A stretch of DNA of 64,000 bases from the human T2T-CHM13v2.0 reference genome, Homo sapiens: assembly GCF_009914755.1 (NCBI RefSeq), contig NC_060930.1; one strand, given 5' to 3'. The notes under the pieces were generated by a model. The model was not told the DNA's origin, did not search any database, and saw only the letters and a program-made list of their open reading frames with translations. Below, piece by piece: positions 1 to 16,704 of the stretch. The translations under genes and the position numbers were made by a program. Position 1 is the stretch's first letter, and the number at the start of each line of letters is the position of its first letter.

Positions 1-6
1 CCGAGC

Positions 7-430
7 CAGGTCTCCCTCTGTGTCCTAGGCTGGAGCGCACTAGCGCAATCATAGCTCACTGTTGCCTCCTGCTTCTGGGCTCAAGCAATCCTTGTTACTT
101 GATTGTCCCAACCCCACTTGCTAAAGATCCCTTCCTTTCCCTACTCAGGTGCATGGTTCCTCTGGCTCCTACCATATTCCCATGTATGTATGCACAGGTC
201 TGTTTTTTGGTCCCCTGCTCACTTTTATTGTCTAATTGATTTCTATTTCTATCCAGCTATTCCATTTATCACATTTAGTTACTGTACCTTTATATTAAGT
301 CTTGATACTGATTGAACATAGGATTTCCATTGTAGTCCTGTGTTTTCCCTGGCAGTTTCTTCAAATTGTCTTAGACATCCTTGGTGCTTTACCCTGTAGT
401 TTTTAGATAAGTTTGTCTAGGTCCTTTAGA
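7..430 (-). mobile_element. Alu fragment (7-92) joined to an old L1 fragment
   Basis: Alu arm motif (ctggagcgca...gctcaagcaatcct) followed by degenerate antisense L1 ORF2-like sequence. Confidence 0.55.
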
Positions 431-574
431 AAACAGCTTCCCTAAGCCTCCATTTCCTTTACCATGACCTATGCCTCACAGGCCTGCGAAGACTTAAGTG
501 TAAAACAGTGACCACCACCTGGCCAGGAACACAAGAAACATTGAGTAGATAGTATCATCTTCCCCAAATGCCCA

Positions 575-945
575 ACCTGATGCAGTCACTGTTCTGTTAA
601 AAACATTGTTGGCTTCCCAGGCATGCAGAGTAAAGTTCAAACACAGCCTGCTAAGCCACCTGACCCCAGCTAACCTTTCCTATGGCACCTCCTGCTTCTC
701 CCTCCTCCCTGCCCACTATCCCTATCATGTTCCCTGAACACAGTGCTCTGCCCTCGAACATGCTGTCCCTTCACGCTGGGATCCCATGCATCCCTCATGG
801 ATCCTCTCAGACGATGCCTCCTTTGAGGAGTTAAGACACTCCCTCGGGCTTCTTGTATTGCATGTATCGCTTTGCATTGTGATTACTTGTGTCTGTTGTG
901 ACTTTGTGTCTTATTTAGTGAACTCAGCACAGGCCTTGGCATTTC
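575..945 (+). mobile_element. L2 3' fragment
   Basis: Degenerate L2 3'-end motifs (gagtaaagttcaaac...tgctgtccct...agcacaggccttggca). Confidence 0.5.
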
Positions 946-1986
946 CAAAGAGGTGCCACCATTTGATAATCACACACTGACTTTGGTGTCACACACACTC
1001 TTTCACTTATTTAACACACTAATCCTGCAAAGTAGACTTCTCCCCCACTGAACAGGAGGGAGCAGGGATGGTAATTTGTTCAAGATCAAAGAGCTTGTCA
1101 GCAGCGGAGCAGAGACCTGGGCTAATTCCCAACATTCGTATCTTCTATTACACCAGGCAGCCTTCGGATGAATGACTGTCCTTCTTCCCTTTTCTGAATT
1201 TCTTATCTCCGTCTCATCCTTCCATGGTCCTCCCACCCAAGCTCTCTCTGATATTGCTCCTTCCTACTTCACCCCCCACGTGGCTTACTTTTCCCAGGCT
1301 GTCACCTCTCCCATTTCATGCCATCTGTCACCCAAGCAGGTGCCTCTGTGAGGACTGTGTGTCCTAGGTTTAGCACACTGCTGGTATTCAGAACACAGAA
1401 CATGGAACCTCATGGCTACATCCTCAGATGCTGAGATGTTAGCTGGGTGTCACAAGATCAAGGACATAAATAAACCCTTCACAGCCTAAATCTGTTGGAA
1501 ACCAGAAAGCAAGCAAGGCCATAGCTTGTTAACACCAGGCTTTCTTGGAACAGTTATCAGGTGCCCAGAGATGGAAGCCACCCTGACTGGGGATGAGCAG
1601 TTACTTCACCAACTCAAACTGGCTTAGACGGTCAGTGCTACCACCTGGCATGTCAACAAAGGATGGAGGAAGTGCAGTGCTGCTCCCCGCAATGATATGA
1701 GCTGCAATGGTGTCCTTTGGGCTGATTTCCTCTCTCCACCCACGTCCGAAGTTTTGGGGCGTCTCTTTAGAGTTCTTTCTCTCTAGCCACAAGTCCTGCA
1801 GGCCATTGGAAGACTAGGCTGCAGAAAGGTAATCCTGAACTTTGCCATTTACCCTCATCATGTAGTAAATGTGATGATGGATCAGCTTTAGAATGGTCCA
1901 TAATGATCTGACATGGGCGAGTGGGAAGTTTCCAGAACACTCAAATCCCAATTAGAGGTGGCCAGTTGGTGGTTTCCAGAGTACAT

Positions 1987-2095
1987 CACCTGTATCACCA
2001 TGTATGAGTTCATAGCCTCATCACACACACTAAATCTGGCCCACCTGTATCAGCATGTATGAGCTCATAGCCTCATCATATACACTAAATCTGGC
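1987..2095. repeat. Tandem duplication, 55-bp period, 2 copies
   Basis: cacctgtatca(c/g)catgtatgag(t/c)tcatagcctcatca...cactaaatctggc occurs at 1987-2040 and 2042-2095. Confidence 0.9.
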
Positions 2096-3343
2096 AAAAG
2101 AATCCTTTGATGGAGGAATTAAGGGTGATCATCATGGAACGGACAATGAAGCCTGCAGAATCAGAATTTTAGGGGGAGCGTTCTCTGACCAACTGATAGG
2201 GAATTTGTCCTGTGGTGGAATGAAGTCAATACACCATTATTATTGCTCAGTAACCAACTTTCTGCCTATTTTTTGCTTCCCATACAGCCAGCCAGTACAC
2301 AAACCAGGTAACTTTGATGTTTATCATCATATAAATGAACCGATTAGCATCTGGGCACATACATTAGTCTCTTATGAATTAGATTTGTGAGTCTTGTTCC
2401 TGGAATTGACTCTCTCCCACTGATCCCATCAGGTTTCTTGGCTTAAAATACTTGACCAGTGGTGATGCCAACAGAGTCCCATCCTAGAGAAGCCAGCTTG
2501 TCTCGGAGGATGGGTGTTTCTCTGTGATACGCTGTTCATTCTTGTTTCTATATCCCCCTCTGCACTTCCACTGCACTCCTTGCGTCTGCAGAGCCTCAAG
2601 CATGGTATCACAACAGCTTCCAGACTGCTCCACTCCAAACTCTCCTGCTGGCTCCTGCTCAGACATGGTTGATACCACATGATTGCCCTGTTCAGGACCA
2701 CGCCCATGCATAAAACCAAACTCTCTGGACTGGCTTTTGTTGCTTTCCATAATTTGATCTCATCAGTTTTTGTTTTCCATTACAGCTCAAACTGTTCCTT
2801 CCATTTTGGGACCAGGGAACAGAGCTCACTTAATGCTGCTCTCCCACTGATGATGCCCACCCATTCTCGGCCTGCAAGCCCTACCACTCACAGCTTCAAA
2901 AATGGCTCCGCCCTTTCTGATTCCACCCCACACAGAAGAAAGCAACTTCTTGTGATGCTTCCTTATTCTGGATGTGGCTCACCTCTTACCCCTTCCAACT
3001 CCTTTGGGTCCCCTAGAAAGCCTCCCTGGCTAAGGGGTACAGGCCCTCTCCTCAGCAGTGGGCACTGACCGTCTAACCAGGGCTCTGTCTCGGCACCTGG
3101 TAGCAAGGACGGCAAGATACAACAACATGCTGATTTTAATAGCCTCTGGCTTTCTCCACTGCGTTTCTCACCTGAATGCCCTGCACACCAAATCTTCCAT
3201 GGGGTCACCCTTGACCTCTAGGGCAATTCCCAAGAATCTAGCAGAGGAGTGGGGGAAACCAAAAGGCTGACATGAAGGACTCAAGGGAAGCCTCTGGAAA
3301 GAAGAGACCAGACACTAAAAGGGATGTGTGTGAAATACTGGTT

Positions 3344-3349
3344 TTTATT
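3344..3349 (-). terminator. Distal polyadenylation signal AATAAA
   Basis: tttatt on the plus strand. Upstream UGUA motifs; downstream U/GU-rich sequence (UUUUAGUGUCUGGUCUCUUCUUU). Confidence 0.6.
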
Positions 3350-6300
3350 GGTTGGCACAAGATTACAACCTACAATTTCAATGCCCTTCCCTCCCACACA
3401 GCTCAAATGGAAGGAAACTGATTAACACATAGAAAGGAACGGCAGGCTCACAGGTTTAAGCATTTGTTTTTACAAAAAGGAGTGGGATATGGGGGTGGTC
3501 AAGTTTTACGGGTAATAACAACATTCTCTCTAGATGGCAGGGGGTAAGTCTGCCTGTCCTCCATTGCTGGTACCACATAAGGGATACATTAGTAAAGTAG
3601 GGAAAGGGTTATATGTGTGGCTGGCCTGTTCTTTAGAGAGGAAGGTGGGATGGTATCTGCTGTGTACCTGTCTCAGACCAAACCTGGGGCTGGACCAGTG
3701 CCCCTTTCTTCTCAGCCCTCCTCCACAGCCTGACTGTACTGCCAGCCGCACCCATGAGAAGGAGGTGTGAAGGAAGCCTGAGGACATCCACCTCGAGAAA
3801 AGGAAACAGGAAAACTATTTCCTTCCGCCTTCTCTGGACCAAATTTCACTCCCCTCAGCTCCAGAGAGTGCTGCAAAAATCTTCCTTAGGGACGCTGTGA
3901 AGACACGGGGAAGAGGCCAGCCCTGAGCGGGCAAGAAGAAAAGCTTGAACTTTCCATGCAGTACCAAGCAAGGCTATTTTGGAAACAAGCAAACAAACAA
4001 AAAATGGAAACCAACACCATATAACCACAGGTTGGGTAGCTCCTAAATCCTGGACAGCATTTGGATTGGGGGTAAGGGCAATTTTACTCCAGCTCCTTGT
4101 TTTATAACCCGCACAAGGTGCCAAGAGGTTTAAGGACCACAACTGACCTCTCTTTCCCTACAAGCACCATTCCTTGGATTCCCAGTTTTGTTGAGCTCAT
4201 TTGAGGTCATCCTTGCCATCCTCTTAAAAAATGACACAGCCTCTTGGTTATTCCATTTTCTATCCCTTTCTACAATTATGAACACACTCTCTAAACAGGA
4301 GATCTATATATGCTCTCATCCTGCAACCCAAGAGATTAGGTGACCTAATGATGAGAAGGCTAACTTATTTGCTTTCCTGGGTGGTCCTGATGGAAATGAA
4401 CAGCAGCAGAGTTCTGGTGGGATAGAGCAGTCTAGTCTGAGCCACTGTGTGATTCCCCAGGGGACTGGTCCCTGGGTACATGGGTCCCTGGCTCTCTGTC
4501 TCAGTTCCACAGATATTACTCAACTTGGCCATTTACGCCTCAGCTAAAACATATGAGCATGAGGGAAAAGGGACAAGAAATACTTTTGTCCTCTAGAAAA
4601 ACTTAACTCAATACATCTTGGCTACTTTGCCTCAACCCACGGGGTTCCCTGGAAACATTTGTTGAACTTGGCCAAGAGGAGATTGTATATGGATGGCACA
4701 CCTGGAAAAGGGGAGAAAGCACACTAGTTCATCTCTTTTATAAGTAGAATGGTCCCAGGGATGTTAACCTTTCTGATGCTGATAGTAGATGAGTGGAGTG
4801 GAGGTAATCGTGAGAAAACTTAAAAACCCTTAAGCTGTTTGGAGACTACACACCACAGTGGAGCAAACCAAGGTGGGGCCTCACTGCCTCCTCAGAGCCC
4901 ATCCCTGACCATGTCATTGGATAGGATGGAAGACAAAGTCTTTGAAATGGAGGCTGGGCTGGCAAAAGTAAGTATGAAGATGCTACTACTGGCCTTCCAC
5001 TTCCTCTCTCTGATACACCTAAGAAGGTGAGAGACACTAGCTTCAATTCCATTTTACAACAGTTCTCAACAACCTGAAATATTCTTGACTTCCTTAAGCA
5101 CATGGAAAACTGGTAAGCTATATCTTTCTAACTGAAATTTTACTTATTCTAACCAACCTTTTCTTTGATTATCAACCAGTTTGACAGTCTTCAGATCACA
5201 AAACAATAGAACAGACCTGACATTTACAAAACTGTACTACATACTTATTTCTTTTACAGTAGAGCTGACCAATTACTTTTCTAACTACTAATGCAACACC
5301 ATGCCACTGGGCCCTGGACTCTGATGTTTCTGATCCCTGAGCAACACATCTATGTCCATTCACAGATGGAAATGAAAGAGTGAGATTCTCAGAGGCTAAA
5401 CAACATTCTGGGAGCAAATTGGATTTTTGAAGGGAGAGTCCTCTTAGAAAATTCTGAGCAAACATGCTCCCAGTCACGAGGGATGGGGTGAGCGGGCAGG
5501 TTTCTGTCTGTGAGCTATAGCTCCCTTCTGAACTCCCTCATGTTCTTGGGAGGACACAAGCCTCTTGCTCATTAAGCAAAGGCCCTCCAAGTCTCCTTTT
5601 TACTTCAGCACTTTGGAAACTCTCCAAGACTTAACTTCCGATCTGGGGAGGTTCTACGTGGAGCAGACCTATCCCTTCTTATTCCTGTTCCTGGGTGTCT
5701 CCATAATCAGCCTCTACCTTCCCTGGCATAAGTCATATCTGTTATGCTGCAGGAACTGAGTAACCAAAGCTAGATATCCCTTGGACCACTGATTAGTGAC
5801 ACATTTTCTCCACAACAAAGGGAGGTTAAAGACAAAGGTTTAACCTGAGAAACTTTTTTTTTGGCAAGATAATAAAGAGGTTAAAGAGGCTACGTGGATC
5901 TGTCACTGCTTTAGCTTACCATTTTCAATTCAGCACCAAAGTGCTCAGAAAGACAGGCTCAGATCAGGACGACTTCTTAAAGGGATTCACAGGCAATATT
6001 ACTGGCAAAATGATTTTCCAAAGCTGAGCCACGCGCCCCACCCTACAGGGAGGGGAGTAGAATCTTATGGCCCAGCATTGGCATTGAGGCATCTTGCTTT
6101 TTTTCCTCAGAATTCCACAAAGGCTTAAGAGTGATCTAAATGCCTGGCTGGAAGCTCAAGTCTAGGAGAGCTATTTTACTGCACTGTTGAGATGTTCTCT
6201 GCAAGGTAGTCACAGATAATAAGCAATTTAGTAGATAATTATTCTATACAAGAATTAATGTTCTCTGAAACAGTGATTAATAGAATCTTCACATCTGGCC

Positions 6301-6782
6301 TGGCTGGGAGGCTTGGGGGCAGGAAAGGGAGGGTGGAAGGATGGGTAGCACATCAAAATGGTGATGAACCTGGCAAAACGACAATGCTGCTGTTTTTGTA
6401 TCCTTTAAAGCCTATATCCAGGGTTTTAAATGACGCTTTTTTTGTGTGCTTCCTGATAGGAAGTCAAATAAGTTTTAGTATTAAGAACTGGGGATATAAA
6501 CCAAAGGAAACCTAGAGTCAACTGACTGCTGGAGGAACAGAAGCAATGACTTCTTTCCACCTTCTAGATAGTAATCTTACTTTTGTTGGCTAAAAGCACT
6601 TTCTTCAGCATTCTGAGTTAACACGGGTTCCCTATAAGCTCCCCTCCCCAGGTGGACAGTCTTATTTTCTAAGACAAGCTCAAAGCTCAAACTCACCAAA
6701 TTACCACTATAAACAAAGCTTCAGGGAAGAGACATAACCTTACTTCAAAAGCTTCAGGTCAGAGACAGCCAAAATCATGTGA

Positions 6783-7145
<363 letters not shown>

Positions 7146-9695
7146 CTCCATTTATTAATTTATAAGGGGACTAGAAGGACAAACTATTTGATTAATTTGA
7201 AGGTGAGAGGTATCATTTTCTCAGATGCTCCAACTAGGCTTCTCACATCCCTCAAAGGTTATCAGCTAAAGACAAGAGTTTCTGAGGCTAATGCAAAAAC
7301 ATGGTCAAATGTGAAACCGCCCTTTTAGAGGCAGGGTTTGTGAAAGGCTGCTGGCCTCCAAAGGAGAGTATGCCTAAACTCTCTGGGCTCCCAGGACCTG
7401 TGGTGACCTCAAGCTAACCTGATGCACAGACAACAGTATCTTTTAGGGACTGCAGCCAATGTTCCCCAATTTACTTTTTTTTTATACCTTAAAATATCAA
7501 ATGTTTCATTTTTAGGTGATATCCCAAGTGACACAGAAACACAGCTCCTCCGGATGGTGAAGTCTCCGCTGCAAAACTCACGAAACAGCACAGAGGATGA
7601 CTCTAGGGTGCTCTCCCACTTGCTCCAAGTTAGGCAGGTGCCCTGATGGAGGCAAGGCTGAGCCATTAACATGCACAGCTCCATATCCTGGAAGCCTCTG
7701 TAGCCTTGAGGAGATAGGCTCTATCCAACAGGACTCAGAATAAATGACTGCCACCTCAACTGAGCAGTATGAACTGCCCACCTCAACTGGGCAGTCTGAC
7801 CTCTTCCACAGTCTTTAAGAAACAGAAGAGCCATTTGCATTATTTAATCACCATTCAATAATCTCCTCCCTCCCCATAGCTGCTTGAGTTAACTGTCCCA
7901 CAAGTGTCCTGTGTTTTGTAAAGATGAGGGTTATTTTCTGAAATGCAGATGGGACTAGGATGAAGCTGTATTATCAATTACAGAGACAGCCAACTCTCAT
8001 TTCTCTTAAAGCAAAAATTCATTCCACTGTGATTTCTCCAGGTATTTCCTGCAATTCTAAATCCGCCCTTGATATTAGAGAATATTAAAATCACACAGTT
8101 GTGGCAAAAATCACATTGTGGCTATTAAATCCTTTTTGTGAACTAAAAAAAGTGAATGTGGCTTAGGCTAAGCTGTTTTTTTTTTTTTTTTTTTAAAGAT
8201 GAGGATGCGGACTCCAATAAAGGCATTAAGAAAGTACTAGATGAAAATGAGAAATATGTGAAGGATAACATGTGAAATGTACACTCAGGTCTAACAAATA
8301 CCTATTATTTCTCTGGTTAAGAAGGTTTAGCAGGAGCCTCCAATGAGCACTGTATGTAGAGAAAAGGGAAGGAGCAGGAGGAGGAACAGATCTGCACAGA
8401 ATTTTTTTCTTAAAAACCACAAAGGGTGACTTTTTTCTTCTAAGCAAGCAAGCCTGAGAGGCATTACATGGGCTGGCTCCTAATATCAAAACAAAATATT
8501 TCTTTGCCACAAAGGAACTTGACTATGTAGCAACACATTTACAAAACTACTGCAAAACACTCCCAGAGGGCAGTGACCTACTCTGCTCCCCAGAGGCTCC
8601 AAGAAGCAAGGCCTCAAGTGCCTCATGTTCCATGGGGCTGTGCAGTGCAATGCAGAAGGCGGAAATCCTGCTGTGACGCCACCCTCGAGACCTTCTGCAG
8701 CCTGAGAGGGGGTGATACTCCCACACCCTTTGATCCTTCCAGATGGCTCAGCCTAGATCTAGCAGTGAGAGAGCCCTCTCCATGCAGGGCAGATGGAGTG
8801 GTGGACACTTGTGAAAACAAAACACTAACTGTTCCATCCTGTTATATTTGCTGTGAGGAAAATTAAGATTCCTGTTGTATGGGCTGCACTGTTTCTGGAA
8901 GACTACAGAAAATCTAACATGGTTGACACTTCCTGGTAGCCCTTCTGTACATACACACACACACACCCAGAGAGAAGACAGAGAGAAAATCCTGGTCCAA
9001 AAGATCACATGACCTTACTAGTGTTTCCCCAATGACTGTAATTTATAAACTAAAAATTTTTACAAATCCACTGCTATCTTCTTCTGTCCTGAGTTTGGTA
9101 GACTTTAATGGATGCTCCAGCAATAACCAGAATCTAGGACATGCAGACTCACTGTGAGCGAGAGGCTAGGGATCTGCCCTAAACATAGGAACCTGTTTCT
9201 ATCAAGCCTGAATGAGGTCAGCTCTGGTAGAATTAATGACAAATCAATGTCAGTGAAATATTCTGCAAACAGGGTAGCTTTTGTGCTTTCTTTTGATTAT
9301 TTTCTTTGGGGAGATAAAGGTATTGCAACCATGGGTCTAACTAATCTATCACTAAAGGACTGTGACGACATTCTCAATAAAGACAGTCATGGTGTTTACT
9401 GTGCCAAGGAGGGAAAATCCCAGATCATCAGAATCCCAGTGCAACAGAAAACAGCACCAGTTTCAACAATTCTGATGTTGGACAAAGCCTCTTTTTGTCA
9501 GTTAAGAAAGCGTAAGCACAATCTCTCAGTCAATTGCATTAACAGGAATCCATTCATGTCACTGAAAAATACTTCTTGGCACAGTTCACTTTCCTGACCC
9601 AAAGACACCAACAACAATCAAAACTGCACTTTCAGGGTAGTATATTGTTACACTAGCCCAGTCAAAACATACTCAGAACATTTAAAAATGTATAA

Positions 9696-10141
<446 letters not shown>

Positions 10142-10432
10142 TAAATCTACTTTATTTTGCCCTTTATTTATTTGAACAGAACTTTAGAATGCTCTAGGTC
10201 AGGAAAAGAAACAGTGTGTTCGTTTTTAAGAAGGATGTGTGAATAGTAAGTTGGCATTCAGACTCAAGTCCCATGGTATTGTTCTTATCCAATGGGACCT
10301 CTCCTTGGGAATATAATTCCTTTCCCAGAGGTATCATGGTATCCCAAGAATATAACTGCTCTTTGGCTCTGTGTGTGAAGATTGGGGGAGAGGATGTAAA
10401 CTAAGAGTATATAGCAAAAAAAAAAAAAAAAA

Positions 10433-10751
<319 letters not shown>

Positions 10752-10854
10752 TGATGTTCCCAAAAGTGCTGAACACTAAATGACACAGGGCTATGAGGTA
10801 CATACATTTCTTTTAGTAGGAGGGAAAAGTAAAAGCTTTTCAAAGTTTGAGTGC

Positions 10855-10860
10855 TTTATT
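10855..10860 (-). terminator. Candidate intermediate polyadenylation signal AATAAA
   Basis: tttatt on the plus strand, with U-rich sequence downstream on the minus strand. Confidence 0.5.
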
Positions 10861-11877
10861 AGAATTTTTAAATGAGGCGAACTATGATTTTAATTTCACA
10901 TCTTGGCTAAGGAGATGCCACTGGAGTACAGAGATAATCTCCTGTCTTAAGCCACGGATCAGTCAGTGTAGCCCTCCCTACCCCTCAATCTCAAGACCCT
11001 CTTACTTCCGAACTAAACAACACAATTGGCAAATGAAGCCAGCACGAAACTGTATCAAAAAACAAGAGAGTCTGCAGTGAGCCAGTGTATTATGTAACCA
11101 CTGTAATAAGTGATTACGTGGCCTCCCATATGGACCTTTCATATCCTGGTGGGAGATGGGAGACCAATTTAATAGCTCTGAGCATGCTCCATGGTGCAAT
11201 CACAAGTGCCATGCCAATACAAAGACAAGCAAGCAGGTGAATTTCCCTAGTGTACTTTTCAGGAACACGGTTACTCAGTTCAGGGACAGGACTACATTGA
11301 TGCACCTGCAAAGTAAAGTTGGATGCTTCAGAGCACATGGATGATACCCAGGTCAGCACGGTGTAAGGCATATATGGACACAAAGAGAGGCCATTGTTGG
11401 CAATAAATAGCATTACGGAAAAGATTCCAAACCAGCAGAACAGAAATGGACCTGATGCTCCAGTTTTTTAGATAAGTAATCCCAAGAATCCAGTTCCAAC
11501 TCTACTGTCAACATGTGGGGCAGAATTCAATTTCTATCATTGTTTTTACAGATCTGGGCTGAGGCCATTTGCTCCTTGCTTGGTTAAAAAAAAATAAAAA
11601 AATAAAAAAAGGTTTCTTCCTGTTTCTTTCTGGGCAGGGAAATACAGCTTAAAGAAGGAAAGGCCATGAGTCCTGGGAGCACTATGAAGGTAGCTAAACT
11701 CTTCCCATATCTACAGTCAATGACTGGGAAATAGAGAAAGGACAGGGCAACCTGCCCAGCCACTAGCATCGAAAACAAAAAGGTATGTTAATTGTGAGGC
11801 TCTCAATTCTAGAAATGCCCAAATTAAAAGAGAAAAAAACCTTGAAAAATTAAACAAATTTCTCTTTCTAGAAGTCA

Positions 11878-11883
11878 TTTATT
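11878..11883 (-). terminator. Proximal polyadenylation signal AATAAA
   Basis: tttatt on the plus strand, ~510 nt after the stop. UGUA lies immediately upstream, and a strongly U/GU-rich tract lies downstream on the minus strand (11821-11860). Confidence 0.7.
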
Positions 11884-12395
11884 TACATATTATATGTCCG
11901 ATATATAATGTGTAGATAAATGTATACTGCAGTGAAAGTGACCACTCTACTGAACTGTACAGCACATTATAGGACAAATTATTGGAAGTTTTCATCTCAT
12001 ACTGGTATCTTTTAATAAAAAAAAAAAATTAAAAATCAAAGAAAACGTCTGGCCAGGGCCAGGATAAGACAAACAGGAACACTTCAGAATCCAAGGCAGG
12101 GGAAGGCTGTTGGCCTCTCTTCAGAGGACTGCAGGGGTGGGAAGAGGGAGGGACAGATCATGCACAAAAGTACTTACAAATTACACACCCAACCCCCACC
12201 CTCAATAAAAACAGAAGAAAAAGCCCCATCACTTAACACCAAACAGCAACATTATCAATACACCCTTTCTTTGCTGCCCACCATGCCTTATTTGAAAGAG
12301 GAGGCCTGTGAGAAGTGGAAAGAGCCAGGGTGAGAGGGAAGATTTGCACTTCAGTCTAGTTTCCAATTTCCATTTCTCTTACAGGAAGTCTTCAG

Positions 12396-12574
12396 TCATC
12401 TGATGCCTGACATCGAGCTCTGAGCAGAAACCGAGTATGTGGTGGCCACGACTGGGGTGCCATTGTTGGCTGAGTAGCCTTGCCTCAATGTTTCAAAATA
12501 TGATGCCTGCACGGGTTTGTGATACTGCAGCACTTTTATGGCGTCTTCTATTTTAAACCATTCCCTCTTCCTTC
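12396..12574 (-). CDS. NUDT3: NUDT3 terminal coding exon (probably exon 5), ending in the TGA stop
   Basis: The minus strand translates as (G)RKREWFKIEDAIKVLQYHKPVQASYFETLRQGYSANNGTPVVATTYSVSAQSSMSGIR*, which I recognise as the NUDT3/DIPP1 C-terminus. Acceptor cAG at 12577-12575 follows a pyrimidine tract; stop codon at 12398-12396; phase matches the previous exon. Confidence 0.97.
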
Positions 12575-12927
12575 CTGTGGAGGCAGAGAGAAAAGAAACT
12601 AGTACAAGAGTAATAAGGTTTCTGAGCCTAGAACTTTTGAGAAAATATAGAAAACATTAAAGCAATGTTTCTTAACACTTTTTTTCCTTACAAAAATAAC
12701 TCAAGCACACTTCATATGCTTCAAATATTATATCAATGTCTAATGCAGAAAGGTGAGAAACCTGAAAACCAAAGAGCTAAGAGTAATTGTGTAAAACCTG
12801 CCCTCCAGAGAGAACTACGGCTAGTGTTTTCCTCCTGCCCTCCTGCGTCTCTGAGCTTTCCTTGCTTGCACATACATAGGGATCAAAGCCCAGCAGCATC
12901 CCCATCTCCTGTAAAAACTGACATGAG

Positions 12928-13220
12928 GGCCGGATGAGGTGGCTCACGCCTACAATCCCAGCACTTTAGGAGGCTAAGGTGGGCGGATCGCTTGAGCCCA
13001 GGAGTTTGAGACTGGCCTGAGCAACATGGCAAAACTCTGTCTCTACAAAAAATACAAAAATTAGCTGGGCATGGTAGCATGTGCCTGTACTCCCAGCTAC
13101 CCAGGAGGCTGAGGTGGGAGGATCACCTGAGCCCGGAAGGTCGCGGCTGCAGTGAGCTGTCATCGCGCCACTGCACTCCAGCAGGGTGACAGAGTGAGAC
13201 CCTGTCCCAAGGGGGGAAAA
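12928..13220 (+). mobile_element. Alu
   Basis: ggccggatgaggtggctcacgcc... full dimer. Confidence 0.93.
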
Positions 13221-13599
13221 ATCAACACGAGCATCAGCTTCCAGAATTACTAGGATGGCTGGTTTGTAATCAGTAATTCATTTAAAAGTTTTCTTATAAG
13301 AGTGAATTTATCTACATAATAGAAAATATTTCTTAAAAGAAGTAAAAATAATCTCAATACAATCACACTTTTATTTTTCAGTCTATTTTCTTACTCTTTT
13401 CTAGTCCATGCTTTAAAATCCTTTATATTTTTTATCTTATAAAAGTAATAACTACCCATAATCTTATAAACCAGAAAAAACCACTCTCAATACCCTAGCA
13501 CAACTGCCCTTTTTTCATATACTTGAAAAAGAAACAATCTTGAGACAACCAAAATTGGATCATGCTTTCAGGTACTCTGAATCCTGACCAGCTCTGCTA

Positions 13600-13810
13600 G
13601 AGTGTTATGGTCAGGAACAAGGACTCTGAAGCCAAAGTGCTGGGCTCCAATCACATAAATGGCTCCAATGAGCTGTGCAGCCTCAGGTAGCTGTGTTCCT
13701 GCTCCATTTTCCTCATCTATAAAACAGACAATAAATAGGGCCTATCTCACAAGTCTGTTATGACTATTAGTATGGAAAGCACCTGAAGAGTAACTGGCTG
13801 CTAAAAGAAT
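13600..13810 (+). mobile_element. MIR
   Basis: ggactctgaagccaaagtgctggg...tttcctcatctataaaa core. Confidence 0.65.
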
Positions 13811-13864
13811 GTGCTGCTGAATTTGCTTTTTAATTTTTGTTACTGGTTTTTACTTCATGTTATT

Positions 13865-15440
<1,576 letters not shown>

Positions 15441-16384
15441 TGCAGTTTAACAGGGTGGTGTTAAACTATGGTGTTTAACAGCTGTATAACATTCCATCGG
15501 ACACATGTCATTCATTGATTTGTCATTCATTGAGTTATACATTTAAGATGCAAATTTTAACCAGTAAGAATAATGGTAGTAAGATCATCTGAAGGAAGGC
15601 TCCATAGCTTGTCATATTTTAGATTATTTCATTAGGGTCAATTCTCAGAAGTGGGAGTACAAGGTGAAAGGCTTGTTTGAATATTAATAGAGCAATGGTA
15701 CCTAAAAAAATTAGTATCACAAGTGTATGACTCCTGCCTGACAGAGAGTGCTCTGAGGATAGGGCCACACCACACATCCACCGCAGTCTCCTTTTCAAGC
15801 TCTAGCACACCTGTTAGGGAGTCTGTTTTCAGTATATCCACACTGAATTTATTTCCTTGAGCACCCTGCATTATTACTAGACACAAAGCCATCAAGAGCC
15901 AAAGGGCTACGAACTGCCCAGAGTAACAATGTGAGGGGCATGGCGGCAAGGCAAACACTAACATTAAAGTGAGAATGTTGGCAAATAAATTTTATCTGTC
16001 TGCCAATTTGTAATGGAAATTAGTGTTCTCCTTTCTAGAATACACTTTCCTTCAGAAGTAAACAATCAAACCATGAACCAACCTTTGTACCACCACAGTT
16101 TATAGTTCCAAAGATGTAAACGTAACAGCCATCTGAGATCAAAGAAAATGGCTCCTTTGGGAGAAAGTTGGGTGTACCTAAAGGGTACACACAGCACCTT
16201 TTGTAAAAGTTCATAAATTTTATCATTTTTATATTCATATAAAATATGAAAAAATATAAAAATATATATTATAGATATATTCATATTTTATAAGAATAAA
16301 ACTAGAAACCACCTGCACTATTCTGTATCTACTAAATGATTTCTGGAGGGACTCACACCACCAAACCAACAGTTTTCTCAACAA

Positions 16385-16495
16385 TATAAATGTCATGAGG
16401 AACAAGACCAGGGTCCTGCTCTCACTTATGGTCCCCATGGCCAGCAGTGAGCCTGGCATGGCGGAGGCCCTCAATCAGTATCTGCTCAGGAGGTG
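16385..16495 (+). mobile_element. L2 3' end fragment
   Basis: gagcctggcatgg...ccctcaatcagtatctgct resembles the L2 terminus. Confidence 0.5.
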
Positions 16496-16704
16496 CAGAA
16501 GTATAGCCCTTTTGGCAAGGACCCAGTTTGATTTTAGAAGCAACATTTCTTATTTTTAGGGGTCATGCTTCTATTTGTGGACCATGTACTCACTTCAGAT
16601 TCCATTTAAACATTTCAAAATACTATCAGGTTCAAAATGTACATGCTTGTTTTATTATACACATCCTTCAATTATTTCTATTCTTTATCCAGCTCTTGTT
16701 GTTC

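Noticed and set aside
7746-7799. Two ~26-bp copies of actgcc(c)acctcaactg(a/g)gcagt in the UTR
   Set aside because: Simple two-copy slippage duplication with no further support for function.
9154-9597. 147-aa plus-strand ORF antisense to the 3'UTR
   Set aside because: GTG start, no recognisable domain and no splice or promoter support.
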